Assembly (NCBI RefSeq): GCF_001457615.1
Contig: NZ_LN831024.1
Coordinates: forward strand, 330,001-362,000
Direction of reading: 5' to 3'
Source: Pseudomonas aeruginosa
Lineage (GTDB): Bacteria > Pseudomonadota > Gammaproteobacteria > Pseudomonadales > Pseudomonadaceae
Length of the DNA: 32,000 nt
Notes under the pieces: model-generated
What the model was told of the DNA's origin: nothing
Seen by the model: only the letters and a program-made list of their open reading frames with translations
Database searches by the model: none
Translations under genes and position numbers: made by a program
Shown: one piece after another, positions 1-9,538 of the stretch
How positions within the stretch are numbered: position 1 is the stretch's first letter
Layout of the letters: every line of letters starts with the position of its first letter

Positions 1-345
1 AGAACCGGAACGCGGCCGGGTTTCCTCCGGCCACGCTCCCCTGCGAAGAGGTTCGACTCTTTTGCCCGTTCGTCCAGACGCTTCCTCCTGGGGGCCCGAC
101 GACCGGACGCAGTATCGACGACGAAGACGCTGCCATGGGCGCTGCGCCAATCTGCCGCGCCGGGGCCGGTCGTGTCGCTCGCACCGGGGCCGAGGGCCCG
201 GAAAACCTGAAACCAACACGCCGGTAGGGAACCCAGCTCACTCATGTTTCCCGGCGGAATCGTCGGGTTGTCATGAAACCCGAGTGATCTGGGCTTACAT
301 CGGCACTTGAAGAACACGGGTCGAACAGGCAGGGTGCTGCCGTGA

Positions 346-1467
<1,122 letters not shown>

Positions 1468-1521
1468 GTTCAAATTCCGCCCGGTAGCGTGACCGGGCTC
1501 AACGACTTGGGAGTTGTGGTA

Positions 1522-2676
1522 ATGGCGATAGCCTCCGGTGCCTACAAGAAAGCCCTAGAGGGCAACCAGCAGCCGAAAGAGGTGCTGGTAAAGATCGACC
1601 GGGTAACCAAGCAGTTCGACGAGACGCTGGCGGTGGACACCGTGTCCCTGACCATCAACAAGGGCGAGATCTTCGCCCTGCTCGGCGGCTCCGGTTCGGG
1701 TAAATCCACCCTGTTGCGCATGCTCGCCGGTTTCGAGCGGCCCACCGAGGGGCGGATCTTCCTCGATGGCCAGGACATCACCGACCTGCCGCCCTACGAG
1801 CGGCCGATCAATATGATGTTCCAGTCCTATGCGCTGTTCCCGCACATGAGCGTGGCGCAGAACATCGCCTTCGGCCTCAAGCAGGACGGCCTGCCCAAGG
1901 CCGAGATCGACGAGCGCGTGGCCGAGATGCTCAAGCTGGTGCACATGACCCAGTACGCCAAGCGCAAGCCGCACCAGCTCTCCGGCGGCCAGCGCCAGCG
2001 GGTGGCCCTGGCCCGTTCGCTGGCCAAGCGGCCGAAGCTGCTGCTGCTCGACGAGCCGATGGGCGCGCTGGACAAGAAGCTGCGCTCGCAGATGCAACTG
2101 GAACTGGTGGAGATCATCGAGCGCGTCGGCGTGACCTGCGTGATGGTGACCCACGACCAGGAAGAGGCCATGACCATGGCCCAGCGCATCGCCATCATGC
2201 ACCTGGGCTGCATCGAGCAGATCGGCAGCCCGATGGACATCTACGAGACCCCGGCGAGCCGCCTGGTCTGCGAGTTCATCGGCAACGTCAACCTGTTCGA
2301 CGGCGTGCTGGTGGAGGACGTGCAGGACCATGCGGTGATCGCCTGCCCGCAGCTGGAGAACCCGATCTACATCGGCCACGGCATCAGCACCCGCGCCGAG
2401 GACAAGCGCATCACCTACGCGCTGCGGCCGGAGAAAGTGATGATCAGCGCGCAGAAGCCGGACAACCTGGAACACGCCGGGCACAACTGGGCCCAGGGCA
2501 CCGTCTACGACATCGCCTACCTTGGCGGCCACTCGGTGTACTACATCAAGCTGGCCTCCGGGATGATCGTCCAGGCCTTCATGGCCAACGCCGAGCGCCA
2601 CGTCGCCCGGCCGACCTGGGACCAGTCGGTGTACATCAGCTGGTACGACGACAGCGGCGTGGTACTGCAGTCATGA
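1522..2676 (+). CDS. spuF: Polyamine ABC transporter ATP-binding protein (SpuF, PotG-like)
   Basis: Walker A GGSGSGKST, signature LSGGQRQRVALARSL, Walker B LLLLDEPM. ORF track starts at a GTG at 1489, but the in-frame ATG at 1522 (MAIASGAYKKALEG) looks like the better start. Confidence 0.95.
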   Translation: MAIASGAYKKALEGNQQPKEVLVKIDRVTKQFDETLAVDTVSLTINKGEIFALLGGSGSGKSTLLRMLAGFERPTEGRIFLDGQDITDLPPYERPINMMFQSYALFPHMSVAQNIAFGLKQDGLPKAEIDERVAEMLKLVHMTQYAKRKPHQLSGGQRQRVALARSLAKRPKLLLLDEPMGALDKKLRSQMQLELVEIIERVGVTCVMVTHDQEEAMTMAQRIAIMHLGCIEQIGSPMDIYETPASRLVCEFIGNVNLFDGVLVEDVQDHAVIACPQLENPIYIGHGISTRAEDKRITYALRPEKVMISAQKPDNLEHAGHNWAQGTVYDIAYLGGHSVYYIKLASGMIVQAFMANAERHVARPTWDQSVYISWYDDSGVVLQS

Positions 2677-3584
2677 AATTCGCCAACAGCCTGAAAAAGC
2701 GCATGCCCACCGGGCGGCATGCGGTCATCGGGGTGCCGTTCCTGTGGCTCTTCCTGTTCTTCCTGCTGCCCTTCGCCATCGTGCTGAAGATCAGCCTGGC
2801 GGAAGCGGACGTGGCCATCCCGCCCTACACCGAGATCTTCGCCTACGCGGACCAGCAGTTGCAGGTGCTCCTCAACCTCGGCAACTACCTGATGCTGACC
2901 GATGACCCGCTCTACATCGATGCCTACCTCGGCTCGCTGAAGATGGCCTTCATCAGTACCCTGATCTGCCTGCTGGTGGGCTACCCGATGGCCTACGCCA
3001 TCGCCCGCTCCAGCCAGTCCTCGCAGACCGTCCTGCTGCTGCTGATCATGATGCCGACCTGGACGGCGATCCTGATCCGGGTCTATGCCTGGATGGGCAT
3101 CCTTTCCAACAACGGCCTGCTCAACAGCGTACTGATGGGGCTGGGGCTCATCAGCGAGCCGCTGACCATCCTCAATACCAACATCGCGGTGTACATCGGC
3201 ATCGTCTATTCCTACCTGCCGTTCATGATCCTGCCGCTCTACGCCAACCTGGTGAAGCACGACCCGAGCCTGCTGGAGGCCGCTTCCGACCTGGGCGCGC
3301 GTAACTTCACCAGCTTCTGGAAGATCACCGTGCCGCTGTCGAAGAACGGCATCATCGCCGGCTGCATGCTGGTGTTCATCCCGGCGGTGGGCGAGTTCGT
3401 CATCCCGGAACTGCTCGGCGGCCCCGAGACCCTGATGATCGGCAAGGTGCTCTGGCAGGAGTTCTTCAACAACCGCGACTGGCCGGTGGCGTCCGCCCTG
3501 GCGGTGGTGATGCTGGCGATCCTGATCATCCCGATCATCCTGTTCAACAAGAACCAGGCCAAAGAACTGGAGGGCAAGGTATGA
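2673..3584 (+). CDS. spuG: Polyamine ABC transporter permease (SpuG, PotH-like)
   Basis: 303-aa membrane protein with BPD_transp motif EAASDLGARNFTSFWKITVPLSKNGIIAG; ATGA overlap with the end of spuF. Confidence 0.95.
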   Translation: MKFANSLKKRMPTGRHAVIGVPFLWLFLFFLLPFAIVLKISLAEADVAIPPYTEIFAYADQQLQVLLNLGNYLMLTDDPLYIDAYLGSLKMAFISTLICLLVGYPMAYAIARSSQSSQTVLLLLIMMPTWTAILIRVYAWMGILSNNGLLNSVLMGLGLISEPLTILNTNIAVYIGIVYSYLPFMILPLYANLVKHDPSLLEAASDLGARNFTSFWKITVPLSKNGIIAGCMLVFIPAVGEFVIPELLGGPETLMIGKVLWQEFFNNRDWPVASALAVVMLAILIIPIILFNKNQAKELEGKV

Positions 3585-3670
3585 GCCAGCACAGCGTATC
3601 CCGCTCCGTATCCCGTTCAACAGGCTCTCCATCCAGAAGCGTGGCCAAAGAACTGGAGGGCAAGGTATGA
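3557..3670 (+). repeat. Exact 28-bp direct repeat ggccaaagaactggagggcaaggtatga at 3557-3584 and 3643-3670
   Basis: Read directly; 28/28 identical, start-to-start distance 86 bp. Confidence 0.97.
3581..3670 (+). other. Possible 29-codon mini-ORF between spuG and spuH (MSQHSVSRSVSRSTGSPSRSVAKELEGKV*)
   Basis: ATG overlaps the spuG stop (ATGA) and its TGA (3668-3670) overlaps the spuH ATG (3667-3669); preceded by the same aactggagggcaaggtATG initiation context as spuH. Confidence 0.35.
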
Positions 3671-4536
3671 AGCGCTGGAATTTCTCCAACGTCATGCTGA
3701 TCGTCGGCCTGCTCTTCATCTACCTGCCGATGCTGATCCTGGTGATCTATTCGTTCAACGCCTCCAAGCTGGTGACGGTGTGGGGCGGCTGGTCGGTGAA
3801 GTGGTACGTCGGCCTGCTGGACAACACCCAACTGGTCAGTTCGGTCGGACGCTCCCTGGAGATCGCCTTCTATACGGCGTTCTCCTCGGTGCTCCTCGGC
3901 ACCCTGGCGGCCTTCGTCCTCACCCGCATCCCGCGCTTCCGCGGTCGTACGCTGTTCGGCGGCATGGTCACCGCGCCGCTGGTGATGCCGGAAGTGATCA
4001 CCGGCCTGTCGCTGCTGCTGTTGTTCGTGGCCATGGCGCAACTGATCGGCTGGCCGCAGGAACGGGGTATCGTGACCATCTGGATCGCCCACACCAGCTT
4101 CTGCTCGTCCTACGTGGCGGTGGTGGTGTCGGCGCGCCTGCGTGAACTCGACCTGTCGATCGAGGAAGCGGCGATGGACCTGGGCGCCAAGCCCTGGAAG
4201 GTGTTCCTGCTGATCACCATCCCGATGATCGCGCCCTCGCTGGCGGCGGGCGGCATGATGTCCTTCGCCCTGTCGCTGGACGACCTGGTACTGGCCAGCT
4301 TCGTCTCCGGACCCGGCTCGACCACCTTGCCGATGGAAGTGTTCTCGGCGGTACGCCTGGGCGTGAAGCCGGAGATCAACGCGGTGGCCAGCCTGATCCT
4401 GCTGAGCGTTTCGCTGTTCACCTTCTTCGCCTGGTACTTCACCCGCCAGGCCGAGGAGCGGCGTCGCCGGGCGATCCAGCAGGCGATGGAAGAGACCGCG
4501 ACCGACTGGCAGAAAGGCTCGCCGACCCCGGCCTGA
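3667..4536 (+). CDS. spuH: Polyamine ABC transporter permease (SpuH, PotI-like)
   Basis: 289-aa membrane protein with EEAAMDLGAKPWKVFLLITIPMIAPSLAAG motif; SD-like GGAGGG 6 nt upstream of ATG. Confidence 0.95.
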   Translation: MKRWNFSNVMLIVGLLFIYLPMLILVIYSFNASKLVTVWGGWSVKWYVGLLDNTQLVSSVGRSLEIAFYTAFSSVLLGTLAAFVLTRIPRFRGRTLFGGMVTAPLVMPEVITGLSLLLLFVAMAQLIGWPQERGIVTIWIAHTSFCSSYVAVVVSARLRELDLSIEEAAMDLGAKPWKVFLLITIPMIAPSLAAGGMMSFALSLDDLVLASFVSGPGSTTLPMEVFSAVRLGVKPEINAVASLILLSVSLFTFFAWYFTRQAEERRRRAIQQAMEETATDWQKGSPTPA

Positions 4537-4553
4537 GCCCTCCGCCGAAAAGA

Positions 4554-4580
4554 AAAGGCCACCTGCGGGTGGCCTTTTTC
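4554..4580 (+). terminator. Rho-independent terminator of spu operon
   Basis: aaaaggccacc-tgcg-ggtggccttttt: GC stem with T-run directly after the spuH stop. Confidence 0.9.
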
Positions 4581-4638
4581 ATTGGCGCGTCGGTGGCGGG
4601 AAATGCCTGGCTACGCTCCGTAGGGCGACGCCCGAGGC

Positions 4639-4675
4639 GTTATCCGCCGATAGCCCGTTGTATCCGGCGGACAAC
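4639..4675. repeat. Imperfect inverted repeat gttatccgccg ... cggcggacaac
   Basis: 11-bp arms with one mismatch around a 15-nt centre, in the spuH-hacB intergenic gap. Confidence 0.6.
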
Positions 4676-4713
4676 CACCATGCGGCTACTCGCCCGACCC
4701 CACGCCGGCCGGC

Positions 4714-7101
4714 TCAGCGCTTCGGCTCCAGCACCAGCACGCCCTTGCTGTTCGCCTTCACCTCGTTTTCCTCGTAGTGCTGCGGCAGGTAGTGGCCCTC
4801 GATGTAGGCCTCGGCCTGGTCGTCGTAGTGGCCGTCGAAGGGCACGCCGCTCTGCCCGACCGGGTTGATGCCGAGGCTGTGGGTCGGGTCGGCGAAGTCC
4901 ACCAGGCGCCGGGTCGATGGACCGTAGGTGACCGCCCAGGGGGCCGGGCCGATCTTCGCCGACAGATTGTTCGGTACCTCGTGGGTGCCGGGGGCGGCGA
5001 ACGGACCGACGTTGAGAAGGCGCCTGAGCAGCGCTTGCTGGCCCAGGGCGTGCTCGTGGGTCAGGGTATGCGCCTTGCCCCACAGCCAGCCGGACGGGTC
5101 GTTGCCGAGGGTGCTGCGCAGATGCGCGAGGGAGGCGTTCCAGGCGGTCCTGACGATATCCGCGCGGGTTTCCCGGCGTTCTGTGCGGCGGTCGTCCCAC
5201 CAGGGCGAGTCGGCGTCGCCAGCCAGCCGAGGCAGCGCGCTGTCGATGGCGCGGGTGGCGATCAGGCTGTCGAAGAAGGCATCGCCCAGTTCGTCGTGCA
5301 AGGCGCCCTCGGCAATCTGGAACAGCAACTGGTTGAACAGCGTGGCGGCGGTCGAGTCGACCGGGTAGTCGCCGTTCCAGGCCGCCAGTTGCTCGACCAG
5401 GCGCTTGCCTTCGGCGTCGTCGACCACCTCGCGCAGGACCGGCAGCAAGGGTGCGAGCAGGCGTGGCGCGTAGCCGGTGCGATTGCCGAGTTGCAGCGCG
5501 CGGCTGTTGTCCAGGTTCCATTTGGTGCCGCGGTCGGCCAGTTGGGTATCCAGCCACTGGCCGCGGTCCGCCAGGTTGTAGTAGCCGGGAATCGGCCGGC
5601 CATTGGTCGGGACCGGCTGGAAGTTGGCGGAGACGATGTAGCCGCGCGCCGGGTTTTCCTCCTGTGGGTTGTCGGCGAACGGATAGAAGCCGGACTTGTC
5701 CGCCTCGCCCTTGCTGCCGTCGAGGATGAAGCTCGGGTTCACCCCCTCCGGCCGCTTCGGCAGGGCCGCCGAGGCCCACCAGCCGATATCGCCGGCGGCA
5801 TTGGCCCAGACCAGGTTGAGTCCCGGCGAATGGATCTTCGAGGCCGCCGCGCGGGCCTTGGCCAGGGTATCGGCGCGATTCAGCTGGTAGAAGGCGTCGA
5901 GCACCGGGTTCTCGGTCTCGAGGAAAGCCCACCACATGGCGATCGGGGTCTTGCCGGAGCTGGCGCCGAGCGCGTCGTTGACGATCGGACCGTGGGGCGA
6001 GCGGCGCAGGGTGAGCTTCACCGGCGCAGCGCCCTTGACCGCGATTTCCTGCTCCTCGCTCTGCAGGTCGACCCATTCGCCCTGGTACCAGACCTGGTTG
6101 GGGTTGTCCGGGTTGACCTTCTCGGCGACCAGGTCGAGGTCGTCGTTCTGGAACATCGTCAGGCTCCAGCCGAACGCACGGTTGTGGCCCAGCGAGGCGA
6201 AGGGGTTGAGCGCCTGGTGGTGGCCATAGAGTTCGAAGCCGGGCGCGCTCAGCTGGGCCTCGTACCATACCGCCGGCGCGGCGAAGCGGATATGCGGGTC
6301 GCCGGCCAGCAGGGGCTTGCCGCTGGCGGTGCGGCTGCCGGCGACGACCCAGGCGTTGCTGCCCTCGAACTGCGGCAGGCCGGCGTCCTCCAGGGCCTGC
6401 TGGCTGAGACGGGCGAGGGCGCCGAGGTCCTTCCAGTCGCCGGCGCCCAGTGCGCCGGAGGGCGTCAGCACGCCCTGCGGATGCCAGTCGAGATCGAAGA
6501 TGCGCAGGTAGTCGCTGCCCAGTTCGTCGCGGATGTAGGTCAGCACCGGCTCGGTGCGGAAGGCGGCAGCGAAGCTGTAGGCCATGTAGCCGGCGATGCT
6601 CAGGGTATCTTCGGGGGTGAAGGGACGCCTGGGTATGCCCAGCAGATCGAATTCGAGCGGCGCCGGGTTGTTTTCCTGGAACTGGTTGACCCCGTCCAGG
6701 TAGGCCTCCAGCACTTTCCAGGGCTGCGACTGCTTGTCCTGGCGGGCGCTGTATTCGGCGGCGTGGTCGCGGATGCGCAGGGTGCGGAACAGACGGTCGG
6801 TATCCACCAGCTTGGGTCCGAGCACTTCGGCCAGCTCGCCGCGCGCCAGGCGCCGCAGCATTTCCATCTGGAACAGGCGGTCCTGGGCGTGCACGTAGCC
6901 GAGGGCGCGGTAGAGGTCGGTCTGGTTCTGCGCGTACAGGTGCGGAACCCCGCGCTCGTCGTAGCGCACGTCGACCGGCGCCTGCAGGTGGGCCACGGCG
7001 AGCGAGCCGTTGCGGAGCGGCTGCTTGGCATGGAGGTACCAGGCGCCGCCGGCAGCCGCGGCGGCGACCGCCACGGCGATCACGGTCAGGGTGCGTTTCA
7101 T
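4714..7101 (-). CDS. hacB: Penicillin amidase (Ntn-hydrolase) family acyl-homoserine lactone acylase, HacB/PA0305-like
   Basis: 795-aa ORF; signal peptide MKRTLTVIAVAVAAAAAGGAWYLHA; GERGVPHLYAQNQTDLYRALGYVHAQDRLFQMEMLRR-type region (DERGVPHLYAQ...); GSNAWVVAGSRTASGKPLLAGDPH around the autocatalytic Gly-Ser. Confidence 0.93.
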   Translation of the reverse strand: MKRTLTVIAVAVAAAAAGGAWYLHAKQPLRNGSLAVAHLQAPVDVRYDERGVPHLYAQNQTDLYRALGYVHAQDRLFQMEMLRRLARGELAEVLGPKLVDTDRLFRTLRIRDHAAEYSARQDKQSQPWKVLEAYLDGVNQFQENNPAPLEFDLLGIPRRPFTPEDTLSIAGYMAYSFAAAFRTEPVLTYIRDELGSDYLRIFDLDWHPQGVLTPSGALGAGDWKDLGALARLSQQALEDAGLPQFEGSNAWVVAGSRTASGKPLLAGDPHIRFAAPAVWYEAQLSAPGFELYGHHQALNPFASLGHNRAFGWSLTMFQNDDLDLVAEKVNPDNPNQVWYQGEWVDLQSEEQEIAVKGAAPVKLTLRRSPHGPIVNDALGASSGKTPIAMWWAFLETENPVLDAFYQLNRADTLAKARAAASKIHSPGLNLVWANAAGDIGWWASAALPKRPEGVNPSFILDGSKGEADKSGFYPFADNPQEENPARGYIVSANFQPVPTNGRPIPGYYNLADRGQWLDTQLADRGTKWNLDNSRALQLGNRTGYAPRLLAPLLPVLREVVDDAEGKRLVEQLAAWNGDYPVDSTAATLFNQLLFQIAEGALHDELGDAFFDSLIATRAIDSALPRLAGDADSPWWDDRRTERRETRADIVRTAWNASLAHLRSTLGNDPSGWLWGKAHTLTHEHALGQQALLRRLLNVGPFAAPGTHEVPNNLSAKIGPAPWAVTYGPSTRRLVDFADPTHSLGINPVGQSGVPFDGHYDDQAEAYIEGHYLPQHYEENEVKANSKGVLVLEPKR

Positions 7102-7211
7102 CGATCCTTTCTCCTTGTTGTAGTGCCGAGCATTCTGCGGATGCCGCCGGCCCGCGGCATTGACCGAATGCTCGGACCCTGGAAGTCTTTGGTCAATCGC
7201 GAGGAGCCGCC

Positions 7212-8264
7212 ATGCAGGACGACCCGTCTACCAGCCCCCTGACCCATTCCGCCACGTTGCGGCGTCTGTTGTATGAAGCCCTGGACGCCCTCGGGCTCGA
7301 CCCCACCCGCGTCTACCGCAGCGTCTACCGGCGTATCCCGCTGCCGCCGCCGACCCTGGGCGGCCGCCTGGTGCATGACAACGCCCCGTTGTTCTGGACC
7401 GAGCTGGCGGCGGTGACCGGCGATGCCGACATCGGCCTGCACCTGGGCGAGGCAATGAAGCCGCGCCTGCTCGATGTGGTCGGCTACCTGCTGCTGTCCG
7501 CGCGCGACCTGGAGGAGGCGCTGCGCAGCTTCGTGCGTTTCCAGCACATTCTCTCCGGCGGTTTCGCCGCGCGCCTCGAGGTCGAAGGGGAAACGGCAAG
7601 GCTGATCCTCGACATCAACTACCTGGGCTATGCCTCGCTGCGCCAGCAGATCGAATGCCTGATGCTGCTGTTCCTCAAGCTGCTGGCGCTGATCAGCGAC
7701 GACGAGTTCGTCGCCGAGCGCATCGAGTTCCGCCACCGAGCCCCGCCGCGGCTGGGCGAACACCGCCGGTTGTTCGGCAGGCTGCCGCTGTTCTCGCGGC
7801 CGCACGATGCCCTGGTGTTTTCCGCCGCCTTGCTGCGGCGTCCTTCGCGCAACGCCAATCCGGACATGCATGACGTGCTGACCCGCCACGCGGAAGAACA
7901 GTCCCGCGAACTCAGCGAGAACCGCTTGCTCAATCGCGTGCGCTACCTGATCGAGCTGCGCCTCGGGGAGGGCTATGGCTTGCGCCAGTGCGCGGCGGAG
8001 CTGGGCCTTGGCAGCGGTGCCTTGCAGCGTGCGCTGGCCGCTGGGGGAGCGAGTTTCCGGCAGGTTCGCGATGAGGTTCGCCGGCAGCGGGCGAGCGAGA
8101 TGCTGTTGGCCGGTCGCGCCATCCGCGAGGTGGCCAAGGCTTGCGGGTTCGCCGAGCTGTCGCCGTTCTACCGGGCCTTTCGCCGCTGGCACGCCGCGCC
8201 CCCGGAGCAATACAGGGCGCGGCTGGCGAAGCGGGAAGAGGGTTACTCGACCAGCGGTACCTGA
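7212..8264 (+). CDS. AraC-family transcriptional regulator (Arabinose_bd-type N-terminal domain)
   Basis: 350 aa; C-terminal HTH region SFRQVRDEVRRQRASEMLLAGRAIREVAKACGFAELSPFYRAFRRWHAAPPEQYR. Confidence 0.92.
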   Translation: MQDDPSTSPLTHSATLRRLLYEALDALGLDPTRVYRSVYRRIPLPPPTLGGRLVHDNAPLFWTELAAVTGDADIGLHLGEAMKPRLLDVVGYLLLSARDLEEALRSFVRFQHILSGGFAARLEVEGETARLILDINYLGYASLRQQIECLMLLFLKLLALISDDEFVAERIEFRHRAPPRLGEHRRLFGRLPLFSRPHDALVFSAALLRRPSRNANPDMHDVLTRHAEEQSRELSENRLLNRVRYLIELRLGEGYGLRQCAAELGLGSGALQRALAAGGASFRQVRDEVRRQRASEMLLAGRAIREVAKACGFAELSPFYRAFRRWHAAPPEQYRARLAKREEGYSTSGT

Positions 8265-8746
8265 CGGCCGATCTCCAGGGTGGCGATGGCGTCGAGCTGG
8301 ATCTCGATCTGCAGGAAGCGCATGGCGCGCTTGGGCGAGACGTTCTTGGCGATGCGCTTGACGTACTTGTCGCGCAGTTCCAGACGGTCCTCCTGGAGGT
8401 CGTCGACACGCTCGATCAGCTTGCTCGCCTGGTCGTCGCTGACGTTGCCGCTGTTGTAGGCCTGGGCGTAGTCGAGCAGGAGCTTGAGGGTTTCCTTGCT
8501 GAGCTTGTCCGACTCGGTGCGGTAGGTGTTGTAGATCGGCCAGAACTTCTCGCCTTCCTGGTCGGTGAGGTTCATGTTGGCCTCGACGATGCGCTTGCGC
8601 TTGTAGTCGACGTCGGCCAGGTCGTTCTGGATCTGCGCCTGGTGCTCCTTCATCAGTTCCTTGCTGCTGGGCTGAGGGTCGTTCTGGGCGGCCATCAGCG
8701 GCAGGCTGACGAGGGCGAGCAGGGCGAGGGTGGGACGTAGGGACAT
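8243..8746 (-). CDS. Exported coiled-coil-like hypothetical protein
   Basis: MSLRPTLALLALVSLPLMAAQNDPQPSSKELMKEH...; 167 aa. The ORF track extends upstream to 8974, but the ATG with a signal peptide is at 8746. Confidence 0.85.
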   Translation of the reverse strand: MSLRPTLALLALVSLPLMAAQNDPQPSSKELMKEHQAQIQNDLADVDYKRKRIVEANMNLTDQEGEKFWPIYNTYRTESDKLSKETLKLLLDYAQAYNSGNVSDDQASKLIERVDDLQEDRLELRDKYVKRIAKNVSPKRAMRFLQIEIQLDAIATLEIGRQVPLVE

Positions 8747-8809
8747 GCAGCGACTCCTTGGTTCGGCAACGGCCCCTCGTGGGCCGACCCGGGCAGTGTA
8801 GCCGCTACG

Positions 8810-8833
8810 CCTTCCGGCGCCCCCTCCGGAAGG
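8810..8833. repeat. Inverted repeat ccttccgg-N8-ccggaagg
   Basis: 8-bp perfect arms in the gap between two leftward genes; no T-run. Confidence 0.5.
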
Positions 8834-8850
8834 CCCGGTGTTGAGCCAGG

Positions 8851-9426
8851 TCAGCCTTTTTCCGGGGTCCAGGGGCAGTAGCAACCCACGGCGAGGGTAT
8901 GGGTGGCATCCACCGGACGTCCCTGCAGCAGCGCTTCGAGGATCGGTTCGATGAAGCTGTTGCTGGAGGTGCATACCGCGCCCTCGCTATAGGGGCCGAA
9001 GTAGGCCAGGCGGCCGTCGCGGTCCCAGATCGCCACGGCCGGGCTGGCCGGCAACTGCTCGGAACCGGGCAGACCAGCGAGGGGGCGCAGGGCGGCCAGG
9101 TTGTCCGGCAGGCGGCCCTGGCTGCCAGGCTTCTGCAGGACATGGAACTCCACGCCCTTGCCGGCGAAGCGTTCGATCAGCTCGCCGAGGTGCTGCTGGT
9201 TGCCGACGTTGCAGGGGCAGGCCGGGTCCCAGAAATGCACCAGGCGGATCGCCCCCGGCCCGGCCAGCTCGGCCGGCAGGCGCAGGCTGTCGCCGGAGAA
9301 CAGGGTGGTCTGCTCGCTGAACGGGCGGATGTAGCGGATCTCGAACCACCAGTAGGCGGCGAGCAGGCCGCCGGCCCAGAGCAGGCCGACCAGGCTGACG
9401 AGGAGCGTCTTGCGGCGGGGAGTCAT
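8851..9426 (-). CDS. Membrane-anchored thioredoxin-like protein
   Basis: MTPRRKTLLVSLVGLLWAGGLLAAYWWFEIRY N-terminal TM segment; thioredoxin-like IRLVHFWDPACPCNVGNQQHLGELI. Start at ATG 9426 rather than 9555. Confidence 0.85.
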   Translation of the reverse strand: MTPRRKTLLVSLVGLLWAGGLLAAYWWFEIRYIRPFSEQTTLFSGDSLRLPAELAGPGAIRLVHFWDPACPCNVGNQQHLGELIERFAGKGVEFHVLQKPGSQGRLPDNLAALRPLAGLPGSEQLPASPAVAIWDRDGRLAYFGPYSEGAVCTSSNSFIEPILEALLQGRPVDATHTLAVGCYCPWTPEKG

Positions 9427-9538
9427 GGCATTCACACGGAAAACGGGTGCCAAGCTTGCCATGTGTTCGCGCGCAGCTGAATATCCCTGGGTTTCGCCCG
9501 TGGCCCGGCCACGAATCGATTGCAGCCCGGAACCGCCG

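Noticed and set aside
62-310. 82-aa ORF upstream of spuE
   Set aside because: Arg-rich translation without SD or motifs; typical chance ORF in high-GC DNA.
4777-7242. 821-aa plus-strand ORF opposite the acylase gene
   Set aside because: Composition (R/G/H/V/D-rich, no domain motifs) is typical of antisense reading of a high-GC gene; the minus-strand ORF has a signal peptide and Ntn-hydrolase motifs.
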